This document shows, piece after piece, positions 33,082-45,400 of a stretch of 63,748 bases of DNA. A model generated the notes under the pieces. It had not been told where the DNA came from and made no database searches. It saw only the letters and a list, made by a program, of their open reading frames with translations. Position numbers and translations under genes: made by a program. Origin of the DNA: Bradymonadia bacterium (GTDB taxonomy: Bacteria > Myxococcota_A > Bradymonadia > UBA7976 > UBA1532); NCBI GenBank assembly GCA_046290225.1, contig JBKAGE010000056.1, forward strand, positions 1 to 63,748. The letters run 5' to 3'. How positions within the stretch are numbered: position 1 is the stretch's first letter; every line of letters starts with the position of its first letter.

Positions 33082-33999
33082 ATGCAGAGCAAAGGGGTGA
33101 TCATCGGGCTGATGCTGGCGTGCTTCTGGGCCCACACCGCCATCGCCCGACAGACGCCAGATGCTGATCTCATGGCTCGAGCCGAGACGTGGAAGAGCAG
33201 AGCCCGAGCGGCCTACCAAGCGGGTCAACACGCCGAAGCGCTCTGGTGCTTGGAGAAGGCCTACACCCTGCATCCCGATCCTGGATACCGTGCCAACCGG
33301 GTCCCCATCCTCGAGGCCATGGGTCGATACGTCGAGGCGTTGAGCACCTTGCGCTGGTACCTCGATACCCGGCCGGGCCCCAAGAAACGGGCCATCGCCG
33401 AAGATATGATGGCCCGACTCGCACCGCAAATGACCATCAGAACCACCCCACCTGGCGCGCAGGTATACCTCGACGGTCGGGAGAGCCCCATCGGCGTCAC
33501 CCCGTACAGCGGTTCGGTTGTGGCCGGCGATCACCGGCTGAAGTTGGTGCTTGGTGGTCATCACAGTGTTCATATCGGCATCCAGGTCAAACCCGGTAAA
33601 CCACTCCAGTTGCGGAGGACCCTCCTCCCAGTGCCGCCCCTGAATCTGCAGCAGAGTCCACCACCAAGGGTGAGCCGCAGAGGGCCGTGGGGCTATGTGT
33701 TCCTCAGCGCGGCGCTCGTCAGTGCAGGCGTGACTGGCTATTTCTTCGCTGAGGGCCAGTCCGCAGCGTCAGCGCGAGACAGCGCCAGAAACCGAAATGT
33801 CTGGCGTTCGCAGAACGAACAGGCGTTGCAGATGCAAGAAGGTTACCAAATCTCTTTGGGCATCACCGCGCTTGCGACGGTGGGGTCCTTATTGTTCTTT
33901 ATTTACGATATGGAAGAAACGGATCGAAGTGACCCGCAGCGTCCATATGTCACCCCTTTGGGTGTATCGGGGCCTGATCACGTACATCATCCACACTAG
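33082..33999 (+). CDS. Secreted TPR plus PEGA domain protein
   Basis: Signal peptide; TPR helices; IRTTPPGAQVYLDG...GVTP; C-terminal hydrophobic segments; alternative start at 33067. Confidence 0.85.
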   Translation: MQSKGVIIGLMLACFWAHTAIARQTPDADLMARAETWKSRARAAYQAGQHAEALWCLEKAYTLHPDPGYRANRVPILEAMGRYVEALSTLRWYLDTRPGPKKRAIAEDMMARLAPQMTIRTTPPGAQVYLDGRESPIGVTPYSGSVVAGDHRLKLVLGGHHSVHIGIQVKPGKPLQLRRTLLPVPPLNLQQSPPPRVSRRGPWGYVFLSAALVSAGVTGYFFAEGQSAASARDSARNRNVWRSQNEQALQMQEGYQISLGITALATVGSLLFFIYDMEETDRSDPQRPYVTPLGVSGPDHVHHPH

Positions 34000-34059
34000 G
34001 GTGTGTTTGGCGTGTTTCGAACTGGGCCACTTTTGGCGAGGCTGGCGTGCCAAAATGGG

Positions 34060-34764
34060 CTATATTTGCACCAGCCATGGCTGATGCAGTAGCCGGACAA
34101 TTGACCCCACTACATCGAACCAGCCCGACCCTTCATCGAGGATTCTACTGTCGGCGGACAGCACTGGTCCCGGCCCGTCGATGAGGACTGGATCGGGATC
34201 CACGACCAGCTCCACCTGCCATTGCCAGCGACGTTCTGTGGCGAGGGCATACAATAATGTTTTGAGCCTGCCTGTATTGGAGACTGGCCGATCCAGCCAC
34301 CAGATGGCTTTGGATACACCTAGATGTTCGAGTTGTTCGCCGATCAAGGTGGCTGCAGGTAGGGTTTCGTGCACCTTTCGGTAGTTGCCGTGCATGCTGG
34401 CCATGTCGCGTACGACGCCGTCAGGGCCCTGGAGCAACACACCGCCACCAAGAGCTGCTTCGATGCTGGTGAGCACATTGAGACCATCGATGTGCACCAC
34501 CGCCCCAGTGAGATCGGCAGCGGGGATACGCTTGCCCAGACGGTGCGCGAGCTGTGTGGGTGGACAGGTGCAACGACTGACCGCGATGCGTTGCCTCTGA
34601 TGCAACGCATAGCGGTCGCCGACGAGCTTCAAGCTCGACTTGGGCGCATAGCCCCGTTCGAGCAGCCACCCCAAATCTGCGACGGCCTGTCGCATGTTGG
34701 GCAGCTGGTCATCATGAAACAATTCGGCGTCTTGAGGGTGAGCGCCACGGTGGCCGCTGGGCAT
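34060..34764 (-). CDS. DUF434 family protein (PIN/NYN-like fold suspected)
   Basis: HRGAHPQD, WLLERGY, LVGDRY, HIDGLNVL, DGVVRD, LDRPVSNTGRL, SADSRILD. Confidence 0.8.
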   Translation of the reverse strand: MPSGHRGAHPQDAELFHDDQLPNMRQAVADLGWLLERGYAPKSSLKLVGDRYALHQRQRIAVSRCTCPPTQLAHRLGKRIPAADLTGAVVHIDGLNVLTSIEAALGGGVLLQGPDGVVRDMASMHGNYRKVHETLPAATLIGEQLEHLGVSKAIWWLDRPVSNTGRLKTLLYALATERRWQWQVELVVDPDPVLIDGPGPVLSADSRILDEGSGWFDVVGSIVRLLHQPWLVQI

Positions 34765-34873
34765 GACAGACTCCTTCTTTCGAGCGGGAAGGGTGGCAGA
34801 GTCCGGTTGCGTTCAGCATGATACACGAGGCGTTCGGTGGTCAGCTCTGGCCCGTGAAGCAGTCGAAGGATTC

Positions 34874-36538
34874 ATGAGCACACAAGACCCAAAGGCGAGG
34901 CGAGCGGCGCTGATCTCGCCAGCAGAGACCGGCAGCGCAGACCTGCCGAACGAGATGTTGGAAGACGCCCAGAGGCGTCTGGGCTTCGCTGGGCTCAGCT
35001 ATGCGCTGGTCTACCTTTCGGCGTGGCAGGGCATCTACTGGTTGCTCAAGGCGCTGGGCCTGCTTGAGGCGAAGTATCAACACACGCTGCAGCCGAGAGA
35101 CGCCATCGCGGTCATCGCCATTCTCGGTGGCCTCGGGCTGTTCTTCACCTGTCGCCGGGTGCAGTTGTCTCACCGCACTCTGGGGCGCCTCGCGGCGGGT
35201 TTCGAGATCTTCGGCGGCCTGGGCATCGGCCTCGTTATCTTCGGCAATGACTGGCCAGAAGGCGGGTTCCCAGTGGGGCTCACCTGGGTCACCCTGTGGA
35301 TCGCCTCGTTCCCGAGCATCTTCGTCTCGCAGATGCGTTACCTCGTCATCGGCGCCTTGGGCACGGCCATCACGACCCCCCTTGTGATGCTCTTGTATTC
35401 GGCCACGGGGCAGACCATGCCGCCCATGTGGACTATGGTGGCTCTGTCGGCGCCGGACTTCATCGCCGCCGCCATGGCCATCGGCAGCGGCCGCGTCATG
35501 CTCGCCATGGGCCGAGAGGTGAAGCAGGCACGTCAAATGGGCAGCTATCTGCTCGAGAGTCTCATCGGCAAAGGGGGCATGGGCGAGGTCTGGCGAGCCC
35601 GGCATCGATTGCTGGCGCGCCCGGCGGCTGTAAAGCTGATCCGGCCAGAGCGGCTGGCACGTGGTGGTGGCGTCGACCAGGTGATTCGCCGCTTCGAGCG
35701 GGAGGCTCAGGCCACGGCGACATTGCGATCGCCTCATACCGTAGAGCTCTACGACTTTGGCCCCTCGGGAGAAGGTGGCTTCTACTATGTGATGGAACTG
35801 CTCGACGGCCTCGATCTCGGCCACCTCGTCGAACACTTCGGCCCTGTGGATCCGAGCCGGGCGGTGACGCTGCTCCGCCAGGCGTGTCACTCCCTCGCTG
35901 AAGCCCACGAGGCGGGTTTGGTGCACCGCGACATCAAGCCCTCGAACATCTTCATTGCCCGCTATGGTCGCGACGCTGACTTCATCAAGGTGCTCGACTT
36001 CGGGCTGGTGAAGCACAACACCCAGCTCGAAGGCACTGCACCTCAGGAGACGGGCCTCACGATGGAGGGCTCGGTCCCAGGTACACCTGCCTATATGGCG
36101 CCAGAAGTGGCCCTTGGCGAGGCCAGCGCGGATCCCCGCTCCGATGTCTATGCATTGGGGTGTGTGGCCTATCTGCTGCTCACCGGGCGGCCGGTCTTCG
36201 AAGGTGATACCCCCATGAAGGTGGCGGTACAGCACATTCATCAGCCCCCATGCCCGCTCTCCGAGGCCACCGAGCAGGAGATCCCAGAGCCCTTCGCGGC
36301 CCTCGTCATGCAATGCCTGTCGAAAGATCCCACCGAGCGGCCTGCAGACGCCACGGCGTTGCTCGATGCCCTCGACACGATCTCTGCTGTTTGCCCGCCC
36401 TGGACTTCAGCGCAGGCCCATGCCTGGTGGCATCTGCATCAGCCTGTCACGGCCATCGATACGACAGCCGAGACGGTGGAACCGGGGAAGGCGACGCCCC
36501 CTGCACCCGCAGCTGCAGTTGAACCTCGGACCGCTTGA
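34874..36538 (+). CDS. Ser/Thr protein kinase with N-terminal multi-TM sensor
   Basis: About 6 TM segments followed by GKGGMGEVW, AVK, HRDIKPSN, DFG, GTPAYMAPE. Confidence 0.92.
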   Translation: MSTQDPKARRAALISPAETGSADLPNEMLEDAQRRLGFAGLSYALVYLSAWQGIYWLLKALGLLEAKYQHTLQPRDAIAVIAILGGLGLFFTCRRVQLSHRTLGRLAAGFEIFGGLGIGLVIFGNDWPEGGFPVGLTWVTLWIASFPSIFVSQMRYLVIGALGTAITTPLVMLLYSATGQTMPPMWTMVALSAPDFIAAAMAIGSGRVMLAMGREVKQARQMGSYLLESLIGKGGMGEVWRARHRLLARPAAVKLIRPERLARGGGVDQVIRRFEREAQATATLRSPHTVELYDFGPSGEGGFYYVMELLDGLDLGHLVEHFGPVDPSRAVTLLRQACHSLAEAHEAGLVHRDIKPSNIFIARYGRDADFIKVLDFGLVKHNTQLEGTAPQETGLTMEGSVPGTPAYMAPEVALGEASADPRSDVYALGCVAYLLLTGRPVFEGDTPMKVAVQHIHQPPCPLSEATEQEIPEPFAALVMQCLSKDPTERPADATALLDALDTISAVCPPWTSAQAHAWWHLHQPVTAIDTTAETVEPGKATPPAPAAAVEPRTA

Positions 36539-37844
36539 GTTGGGCTTCGGTGAGGCTGGCCTTCCAGCGGTAGTCTCCGAGCACGAAGTCGGTCCGCGCC
36601 GCCACTGAGCCTGTGAAGGCCGTGGCTTCTCGCCAGATGCTGTTCAGCCAGATGAGTGCCTCTACGAGGGCCTCACCCTCCACCTCGACGATCTCGCCAT
36701 CTTCTACTCGACCTTCCAGCCTCAGGCCTTGTGGTGTGCCGGCCTTCTCTGTGTCGGTGAGGCTCAGGCGGGCCACCGAGGACATCTTGACCCGTGCGCA
36801 TCCTCGATCGAGACGCCAGAGGTGGAGATCGAAGCCCGGGGGCTGATCAGGATCAGAGCGCTGTCGTGCCCAGGTGACCCGGGTACGCCAGGGGCCTTCT
36901 GGATCCGCCTCTCCATCGCCGGTGAACCGAGCGGGCAGGTGATCATTGACCATGGCCCAGTTGGCCATGGCGGCGAGGGCCTCACCGGCCACCCGAACGT
37001 GCACCCCGTCGCGGGGGAGAGGGGGCATCGGATCTTTCGGCGTCTCGTGCAGGCCTCGGGCCACGGGTAGATCGGTGTACAGCTGAATACGCAATCGATC
37101 ACCGCCCAGGTGATCAGCAGGGATCCCCACGACCTTCATGTCCTTCAGTGGCACCGGCGGCAGCGCCATAGAGACCTCGGTGACGGCGTCGAGGTGAGAC
37201 AGGATACCGTCTCGCACCAGCGGGTAGGTGTGCTCGATGAGCGCCTCCACTGCAGCCTTCGAGGCCAACAGGAACAACGGCTTGGGGGTGAGGCGTCGCG
37301 CCTCCTCGGGGAGCAGCCGCCAGAGCAGGTCGGCCACCCGGAGGTTGGCCTGAGGTGACAAGTCGAGCTGAAGGGTGCGCAGCTGCTCGGGCCGCAGCGC
37401 GAAGACGAGGCGCTGCCCCTCGATCACCGGGGGGATCTCTGCCCGCCCCGACAAAGTGAACACCCGCTGGCCATCGTGGGCTGCCTGGATCTCGACGTCG
37501 AAGCTCAAGGCGCCAGAGGCCACAGGGACCATCGACACGTCGGTGAGGCTGAGGCTCAGCTGGGCGTCCGGGTTCCCCTCGCTGGGCAGAGGCACCGTGA
37601 GAGGCACGATCAGCTTCTGCATGCCCTCGAGGTGGGCGTTGATCGGATCCATGGCCACCTGCAGCTCGATGTGGGGATCAGGCGTGCGGGCGCGCTGACG
37701 ATCGAACCGCTGCAACGAAGTTTTGATCTCGCCACAGGTGGCGCCACACCCCCACTGCCCCGTGAGGAGGAGCAGGGCGACGAGGGGGATCGAACCGCTC
37801 AGAGGCACGGCCCGACGCAGAGAGCTGGGAGAAAGAAGTTTCAT
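36447..37844 (-). CDS. Hypothetical lipoprotein
   Basis: Long ORF with host-like codon use; signal region ending WGCGATC; 3' end overlaps the convergent kinase by 92 bp. Confidence 0.65.
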   Translation of the reverse strand: MKLLSPSSLRRAVPLSGSIPLVALLLLTGQWGCGATCGEIKTSLQRFDRQRARTPDPHIELQVAMDPINAHLEGMQKLIVPLTVPLPSEGNPDAQLSLSLTDVSMVPVASGALSFDVEIQAAHDGQRVFTLSGRAEIPPVIEGQRLVFALRPEQLRTLQLDLSPQANLRVADLLWRLLPEEARRLTPKPLFLLASKAAVEALIEHTYPLVRDGILSHLDAVTEVSMALPPVPLKDMKVVGIPADHLGGDRLRIQLYTDLPVARGLHETPKDPMPPLPRDGVHVRVAGEALAAMANWAMVNDHLPARFTGDGEADPEGPWRTRVTWARQRSDPDQPPGFDLHLWRLDRGCARVKMSSVARLSLTDTEKAGTPQGLRLEGRVEDGEIVEVEGEALVEALIWLNSIWREATAFTGSVAARTDFVLGDYRWKASLTEAQLKRSEVQLQLRVQGASPSPVPPSRLSYRWP

Positions 37845-38027
37845 TTCAACGACTCGCGAGAAAGGTGATTTGATTTGTTGAAGCGCCAACCTCGATCGGT
37901 CATACCTCGAATACCCCCTCAGAACATCTGCACGTGCTCTACCGTGGACCACACTGTAGGGCACCATAAACCAGTGTATTCAACGCTCTGGCCGACACGC
38001 AGATGTGACATCCCCGAAACGCATTTC

Positions 38028-38047
38028 TGTGGATAAGTTGTGGATAA
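38028..38047 (-). promoter_or_regulatory. Two perfect DnaA boxes (TTATCCACA) upstream of nrdJ
   Basis: TGTGGATAA at 38028-38036 and 38039-38047. Confidence 0.8.
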
Positions 38048-38068
38048 CTTCTGCATCCTGGGGGCGGA

Positions 38069-38115
38069 GCACAACATCTTGTGGTCGAACGGTCGAAGAT
38101 CACTAGGTGTTGTGT
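38069..38115. promoter_or_regulatory. Tandem NrdR boxes
   Basis: GCACAACATCTTGTGG (38069-38084) and TCACTAGGTGTTGTGT (38100-38115) resemble the consensus acaCwAtATaTwGtgt; starts are 31 bp apart; upstream of an RNR gene. Confidence 0.85.
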
Positions 38116-38268
38116 TTTTGTGTTCAAAAAAGTTGCTCGGCCACAGGGCCATGGATAGGCTCGTCAACGGTCTGAGGCTGCGGCCACTCACTGTCCAGAG
38201 TCGGCCCCTGAGCAGACCCAATACACCACGAACATTAGACTTTTTACGATACTCCTGAGAGGTCATCC

Positions 38269-41200
38269 ATGCGCGTCGCTCGCCGGTTTACCAAGGGCCA
38301 AAGCTCGCCTTACGAGAAATTCGAGTTCGTCACTCGCAAGAGCGAGATCCGCAACCCCGACGGTACGCTGGTCTTCTCCAACGAGCAGGTCGTCGTGCCC
38401 ACCGGCTGGAGCCAGGTGGCCACCGACATCCTCGCTCAGAAGTACTTCCGCAAGGCGGGCGTGCCGGCGAAGATGCGCCCCATCCCCGAGGAAGGGGTGC
38501 CCGAGTGGTTGTGCCGTCGGACCGCTGACGAAGCAGCTCTGGCCGATCTTCCGGAGAATGAGCGTTTTGGTGGCGAGCACGACGCCCGGCAGGTCTTTGA
38601 CCGCCTCGCGGGCTGCTGGACCTACTGGGGTTGGAAGCACGGCTACTTCAACGACGAGATCGCCGCGAAGTCGTACTACGACGAGATGCGCTGCATGCTC
38701 GCGGGCCAGATGGCGGCGCCGAACAGCCCCCAGTGGTTCAACACCGGCCTGCACTGGGCCTACGGCATCGCCGGCCCTGCCCAGGGCCACATGTACGCCG
38801 AGCACGAGACCGGCGAGCTCTTCAAGAGCACCTCGGCTTACGAGCGCCCCCAGCCCCACGCCTGTTTTATCCAGTCCGTCGACGACGATCTGGTGAACGA
38901 GGGCGGCATCATGGATCTCTGGACCCGTGAGGCTCGCCTCTTCAAGTACGGCAGTGGCACCGGCACCAACTTCAGCCGCATCCGCGGCGAGAACGAGCCC
39001 CTCGCCGGCGGCGGCCGCTCCAGTGGCCTCATGAGCTTCCTGCGCATCGGCGATCGGGCCGCTGGGGCCATCAAGTCCGGGGGCACCACCCGCCGGGCGG
39101 CGAAGATGGTCTGCCTCGATCTCGATCACCCCGACATCGAAGACTTCGTGAACTGGAAGGTGGTCGAGGAGCAGAAGGTGGCCTCGCTGGTCACCGGCTC
39201 GAAGAACCTCAAGAAGCACCTCGCCTGGATCTTCGAGGCCGCTCAGGTGGACTGCGGTGAGGGCGTCGACGCCCTCGAGCCCAAGAACAACAAGGCGCTG
39301 CGCAAGGCCATCAGCAAGGCCCGCAAGGCCGAGCTGCCCATCGCCTACATCCACCGCGTGCTGCAGTACGTGCGCCAGGGCTACACCAGCATCGAGTTCC
39401 CCGAGTACGACACCGACTGGCAGTCCGAGGCCTACAACACCGTCAGCGGTCAGAACAGCAACAACTCCGTCCGCGTGACCAACGACTTCATGAAGGCGGT
39501 CCTGGACGACGGCGACTGGGCCCTGCTCCGCCGCACCGACGGCAAGCCCGCCAAGGTGATCAAGGCACGAGATCTCTGGGACCAGATCGCCTACGCCGCC
39601 TGGGCCTGCGCTGATCCCGGTCTGCAGTTCGACACGACCATCAACGAGTGGCACACCTGCCCCACCGATGGCCGCATCAACGCCAGCAACCCGTGCTCCG
39701 AGTACATGTTCCTCGACGACACGGCGTGCAACCTGGCCTCGGCCAACCTGATGAAGTTCATGACCGACGGCATGACCCGCTTCGATGTCGAGGCCTTCCG
39801 TCACGCCTGCCGTCTCTGGACGATCACCCTGGAGATCTCGGTCACCATGGCCCAGTTCCCCAGCGCCGAGATCGCCCAGCTGAGCTGGAAGTTCCGCACC
39901 CTGGGTCTCGGCTTCGCCAACCTGGGCACCATCTTGATGGTCATGGGGATCCCCTACGACTCTCAGGCGGCCTTCCACTTCGCCGGTGCCATCAGCGCCA
40001 TCATGACCGGTACCGCCTACGCCACCAGCGCGGAGATGGCCGGCGAGATGGGGACGTTCCCTGGTTACGAGGGCAACGAAGAGAGCATGCTTCGGGTCAT
40101 CCGCAACCACCGCCGGGCGGCCTTTGGCGCCCCCGAGGGGGCCTACGAAGATCTGAGCATCCTGCCCACGGGCATCGATCCCGAGAAGTGCCCCGAGTAC
40201 ATGATGAAGGCCGCCCGGGAAGACTGGGATCGGGCCTTGGAGCTCGGTGAGAAGCACGGCTACCGCAACGCCCAGGCCACGGTCATCGCCCCCACGGGCA
40301 CCATCGGCCTGGTGATGGACTGCGACACCACCGGCGTGGAGCCCGACTTCGCCCTGGTGAAGTTCAAGAAGCTCGCCGGCGGCGGCTACTTCAAGATCAT
40401 CAACCAGTCGGTGCCCCTGGCCCTGAGCAAGCTGGGCTATGGCGAGGCCGAGATCGAAGCCATCGTCAACTACTGCAAGGGCACCGGCAGCCTCGTGGGC
40501 TGCCCCCACATGAACCCCGAGGCGCTCAAAGAGCTGGGCTTCGACCAGGCGGGCATCGACAAGCTCGAGGCCGCCCTGCCCAGCGCATTCAGCCTCTCGA
40601 TGGCCTTCAACCGCTGGACCTTGGGCGATGACTACCTCATCAACAAGCTCGGCGTGCCCCAGACCTCGCTGAACAAGCCCGACTTCGATCTCTTCGACGC
40701 CCTGGGCTTCACCCGCCGTCAGGTCGACGAGGCCAACGATTACGTCTGCGGCACGATGATGCTCGAGGGTGCGCCTCACCTGAAAGAGGCCCACCTGCCG
40801 GTCTTCGACTGCGCCAACAAGTGCGGCACTAAGGGCGAGCGCTACATCGCCTACCTCGCCCACGTGAACATGATGGCTTCGGTGCAGCCCTTCATCAGCG
40901 GCGCCATCTCGAAGACCATCAACATGCCCGCCGAGGCCCTCCTCGAAGACGTGCAGACGGCCTACCTGGAGAGCTGGAAGAAGGGCCTCAAGGCCAACGC
41001 GCTCTACCGCGACGGCTCGAAGCTCAGTCAGCCTCTCTCGTCGGCCCTCTACGACTTCGAGGACGACGAGGCCGTGACCGACGACGCCACCCAACTCGAT
41101 CTGCCCGTGGCGGTGGATCGCCCGATGGTGGCCGCGACCCAGATCGCCGAGCGCGTGGTGGTCCGCTACTTGGCCCGTCGTCGCCGCCTGCCGGCCCGCC

Positions 41201-41967
41201 GCCGTGGTTACACCCAGAAGGCCACCGTGGGCGGCCACAAGGTGTACCTGCGCACCGGCGAGTACGAAGACGGCACCCTCGGGGAGATCTTCGTCGACAT
41301 GCACAAGGAAGGCGCGGCCTTCCGCAGCCTGATGAACTCCTTCGCCATCGCCGTGAGCCTCGGCTTGCAGTACGGCGTGCCCCTTGAGGAGTTCATCGAG
41401 GCCTTCGTCTTCACCCGCTTCGAGCCCAACGGCATGGTCATGGGCAACGATCGCATCAAGATGTCGACTTCGGTCATCGACTACATCTTCCGCGAGGTGG
41501 CAGTGACCTACCTGGGTCGCGACGATCTCTCGCAGGTGAAGCCCGAAGATCTGCTCGCCGACAGCATGCACGACGAGCCTGACTACGTTGAAGAAGAGGT
41601 CATCGAGGACAGCCGCCTCGCCGCAGGGGCGGGCTGGGTCTCCACCGAGGTGCACGACAGCGTGGGCTTCAGCCGTGGCCACACCCCGGTGCCCGAGGTG
41701 GCAGGCAACCAGCCTGGGCTCTCCCTCGGTGGCTCGGCCCCCACGGCGAGTGCCGGCGGCGGTGGCAGCAGCATGACCACCATCTCTTCTGGTGGCGGTG
41801 CGTCATCGAGCAGCAGCGGTGGCGGTTACTCCGCCGACGCCATCTCCATGGCCCGCGCTCAGGGCTACGAGGGCGATCCTTGCCCGGAGTGTGGCTCGAT
41901 GACCCTGGTGCGCAACGGTACCTGCCTCAAGTGCATGACTTGTGGTGGCACCACGGGTTGTAGCTGA
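38269..41967 (+). CDS. nrdJ: Vitamin B12-dependent (class II) ribonucleotide reductase with TSCPD and C-terminal Zn ribbon
   Basis: [67 protein letters not shown]...[11 protein letters not shown]. Confidence 0.97.
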   Translation: MRVARRFTKGQSSPYEKFEFVTRKSEIRNPDGTLVFSNEQVVVPTGWSQVATDILAQKYFRKAGVPAKMRPIPEEGVPEWLCRRTADEAALADLPENERFGGEHDARQVFDRLAGCWTYWGWKHGYFNDEIAAKSYYDEMRCMLAGQMAAPNSPQWFNTGLHWAYGIAGPAQGHMYAEHETGELFKSTSAYERPQPHACFIQSVDDDLVNEGGIMDLWTREARLFKYGSGTGTNFSRIRGENEPLAGGGRSSGLMSFLRIGDRAAGAIKSGGTTRRAAKMVCLDLDHPDIEDFVNWKVVEEQKVASLVTGSKNLKKHLAWIFEAAQVDCGEGVDALEPKNNKALRKAISKARKAELPIAYIHRVLQYVRQGYTSIEFPEYDTDWQSEAYNTVSGQNSNNSVRVTNDFMKAVLDDGDWALLRRTDGKPAKVIKARDLWDQIAYAAWACADPGLQFDTTINEWHTCPTDGRINASNPCSEYMFLDDTACNLASANLMKFMTDGMTRFDVEAFRHACRLWTITLEISVTMAQFPSAEIAQLSWKFRTLGLGFANLGTILMVMGIPYDSQAAFHFAGAISAIMTGTAYATSAEMAGEMGTFPGYEGNEESMLRVIRNHRRAAFGAPEGAYEDLSILPTGIDPEKCPEYMMKAAREDWDRALELGEKHGYRNAQATVIAPTGTIGLVMDCDTTGVEPDFALVKFKKLAGGGYFKIINQSVPLALSKLGYGEAEIEAIVNYCKGTGSLVGCPHMNPEALKELGFDQAGIDKLEAALPSAFSLSMAFNRWTLGDDYLINKLGVPQTSLNKPDFDLFDALGFTRRQVDEANDYVCGTMMLEGAPHLKEAHLPVFDCANKCGTKGERYIAYLAHVNMMASVQPFISGAISKTINMPAEALLEDVQTAYLESWKKGLKANALYRDGSKLSQPLSSALYDFEDDEAVTDDATQLDLPVAVDRPMVAATQIAERVVVRYLARRRRLPARRRGYTQKATVGGHKVYLRTGEYEDGTLGEIFVDMHKEGAAFRSLMNSFAIAVSLGLQYGVPLEEFIEAFVFTRFEPNGMVMGNDRIKMSTSVIDYIFREVAVTYLGRDDLSQVKPEDLLADSMHDEPDYVEEEVIEDSRLAAGAGWVSTEVHDSVGFSRGHTPVPEVAGNQPGLSLGGSAPTASAGGGGSSMTTISSGGGASSSSSGGGYSADAISMARAQGYEGDPCPECGSMTLVRNGTCLKCMTCGGTTGCS

Positions 41968-41973
41968 TCCTTG

Positions 41974-42145
41974 CTCCAGCGCTGCGGCGGCGTCAGCCGT
42001 CGTGAGCGCGGCGATTTCACGCACTGGCGGGGCGTCCCAATCCTCGCCGTAGCCGGCAAAAGCCTTCGCTGGCTACGACTGCGGTCGGGCCACCCCGCCA
42101 GCACGCAAACTCACCACGCTCACGACGACTGCCGCCACCTCCGCG
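41974..42145 (-). repeat. Long-hairpin interspersed repeat, copy 1
   Basis: Ends shared with the copies at 52590 and 63490 (GCGCTGCGGCGGCGTCAGCCG ... TCACGACGACTGCCRCCACCTCCGCG); arms self-complementary. Confidence 0.85.
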
Positions 42146-42409
42146 GGGCTCGTGCATAGGTGGGTTATGGCTTTGTGAGGGCTGGGTTCTTCTCGCCTCC
42201 GGTGACTACTCCTGTTTTTTCATGGCGTTTGTGTGAAGGCTCGTGAGTTCCAGGACGACTGCCGCTTGATGTATGCCATTGCCTCATTTTGGGTCGATTC
42301 GCCCGTTGTCGTTTCATGTTGGGTGCTGTAGGTTCATGTGAGAAGGGCATGGCTGAGAAGAAGAGTGTGTCAGGTATGGTGCTGATCACCGGCCATGTAC
42401 GTGAAAATC

Positions 42410-45400
42410 ATGAAGAACCTTTGTTGTTTGCTGGCCTGCGCTCTCTGTGCGGGCTGGGCAACTGTCGCGCAGAGCCAGGGCAGTCACGACTTCTTCAATA
42501 GTGACATTGTGCTCACCGACGGCCTGGGTTTTGACTGGGACTTCGAAGACGATGGTCGGATCAACGATGGCCACAGCGACACTTATGACGGCGCCTATGT
42601 GCTGTATGTGAACGGCGTCGAGTATGTCGGTGGCGCGTCGGCCGACTCCGAGCTCGCTGGGCGTCAGTTTGCTTATCCAGCGATCCTCGAGCCTGCATCT
42701 GGGCTGTTGGTCTCTCGAAAGGTCTATGTGCCCGACGCTGCAGGGCAGGGGTTCGCTCGGATCCTCAACATCTTGGAGAACCCCACTGGTGCTGGTGTCT
42801 ACACCAGCGTAGTGCTCACAAGTGATATGGGCTCTGACAGCGACACGCGCATCGTCGCGGAGAGCGCCGACGATGGGCTGTTCAATCGGTGGGACAACTG
42901 GCTCATCACTGATGATGACGTGAGCAATGGAGGCGACTCTACCGCCGGTCACATCTTTGCCAACGAGCGGGTTGTGGCTCGACACCAACGGGCGAGCTTG
43001 GACGACGACGTGTTCTCCGTCCGGTACACAGTGACCGTGCCGGCAAACGGTCGAGTCATTTTGATGACCCTCGCGACCCAGGGCAGCAACCCCACAACCA
43101 CACGCAACCAAGTCGATGGCCTCGTGCTGCTGGGCGCTGACGTGCAGAGTGGGCTCACCGCAGAGGAGATGCGAGACATCGTCAACTTTCCGCTCGCTGT
43201 TGACGGCGATGGCGATGGCCTCAGCGATGCCTTTGAAGATGCACATGGGACACAGTCGGAGAGCAATGACAGCGACGGGGATTTCCTCCGTGACGGGTAC
43301 GAGTTCGTCCACGGCTTCGACCCCCTCGTGGCCGATGACGTCAATCTCGATCTCGACGGTGACGAGCTCAGCACTTTCCACGAGATGGCTCTGCGCACCG
43401 ATCCACGAGATCCCGACACTGACGGCGACGGTCTGACCGATGGTCAAGAGGACGCGAATCGCAACACGGAGATCAACTTCGACGAGACCAACCCGCTGCT
43501 CGCAGACACCGACGGCGGCGGCGTCGACGACGGCACTGAGGTGGGGTTGGGCAGCAACCCGCTGAACCCGATCGACGATCTCGTGCCCTGGCCGGGCACC
43601 ATTGAGCTCTTCGACAGCGACGGTTACCTCTGGGACATCGAGGCAGAGGGCTCGATCAGCGATGGCACCGACGACGCCTTCGACAGCGGCGGAGAGCTTT
43701 GGGTCAACGGCACCGAATACGCGGGCACAGGCCAGATCAGCCGCTCGCTCAACGGCCGGGAGATCTACTTCCCGCCTGTCCCGGAGATCGAGCTGTCCTT
43801 GATGATCTCGCGGAAGGTCTACGTGCCCGCTGGCGATGGCTTGGGCTTCGTGCGGGTGCTCAACATCATTGAGAATGTGGGTTTCGAAGCAGCGGATACC
43901 GGGGTGCAGATCATCAGCAACATGGGGTCTGACGCAGGCACGGTGCTGGTGGCCTCCAGCCTGAATGACGGGGCCTTCACCACCGCAGACAATTGGCTCA
44001 TCACCGACGACGAGACCAACCCCGGAGATGATCCTGCCGTAGGGCAGCTGATCGCGGGGCCCAACAGCCGGCTGCGGCCTGTGGCTGCCACGCTTGATCG
44101 CGACGACATCACCACTGATTACTTTGTGCGGGTTCACCCCGGTCAGCGGGTCATCATCATGCACTTGATGACCCAGGCGAACGCCCAGGCCACCGCTCAG
44201 AACAAGGTCGACGCGCTCTACAACCTCGGGATCGAGGTGACCTTCGGCATTCCCCAGGACGAGCTCGACGACATCTACAACTTCTCCTTCGCCCCCGACG
44301 CCGACGGCGACGGGCTCTCCGACGAAGAGGAGGAGCTGCTCGGTCTCAACCCGAACAGCCCCGACACCGATGGCGACGGCCTGCCCGACGGCTACGAGCA
44401 CAGAGACGAGATCTTGCGACCCGATTTCCCCGGCGATGCCTTGCTCGACTTCGACGGCGACGGCCTCGACGCGCTGACCGAGTACACCCTGGGCACCGAC
44501 TCGAGTGCACGAGATACCGATCTCGACGGGCTGCTCGATGGTCAAGAGGACGCCAACCAGAACGGCGCCATCGACGAAGGCGAGACCAACCCGCTTCTGC
44601 CGGACACCGACTCGGGCGGGATCAGCGATGGTGAAGAGGTGCTCTATGCCGGGAGTGATCCGACGGACGCCGACGACGAGATCGGCATCGGCGTCGGCAA
44701 CACTCACCTCCTCATCGATCGTGATGGGTATCGCTGGGATATTCGGCCAGACGGTGGGGTGCACAGCGGCACTGAGCACGCTTTCGATCATGGCTTCGCG
44801 GTGTCGGTCGATGGTGAGCAATACGCGGGCACGGGAGCAGGCGCGCGTTCACTGGGTGGGCAACAGCTCTATCTGCCCCGACAGACCCTCGCCGAGGCGC
44901 CGATCACCATCTCGCGCAAGATCTATGTGCCTGGAGACGAAGTTCCGCAGGGCTTCTTCCGGATATTGACCATCTTAGAAAACTCGGCCGAGGCAGACTT
45001 CGTGGGCACAGTCTCGCTCAGGACGGACCTCGGAGGCGACGAAGGCACACTGCTCTTGTCCAGCAGCGAGAACGATGGGGTGGTTGACGCTCAGGATCGG
45101 TGGGTGGCCACCGACGACTCGGCCATCATCAACGGGGCCGCGGTGGGCCAGGTGTTCAGTGGGGAGGGGGCTCAAGTAAACCCGAGCCAGATCACTCAGA
45201 TGCCTGTTGGCGTCATCACCGCGGACTACAACGTCACGGTGCCCGCCGAAGGCCGTATCATCCTGATGCACTTGGGCGTTCAGAACGTCAGCCGAGATGA
45301 CGTCGTCACCAACACCATCGCTGTGGCAGCGCTGCCGCCTGAGGTCCTGGCGGGCCTCACCAACGCCGAACGGGCTGACATCGTCAACTTCGCCCTCGCC

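Noticed and set aside
34025..34060. TTTTGGC...GCCAAAA inverted repeat between convergent genes
   Set aside because: Plausibly a bidirectional terminator, but the stem is weak and it is ordinary; not enough support to call.
38028..38047. DnaA boxes as a replication origin
   Set aside because: Only two clear boxes, no dnaA/dnaN/gidA context and no obvious unwinding element; their position beside NrdR boxes fits promoter regulation better.
38263..41682. 1139-aa ORF antisense to nrdJ (similar long antisense ORFs at 13422-16544, 42386-44821, 53163-55079)
   Set aside because: Shadow frames of strongly GC3-biased genes; no recognisable motifs, and each is fully overlapped by a well-supported gene.
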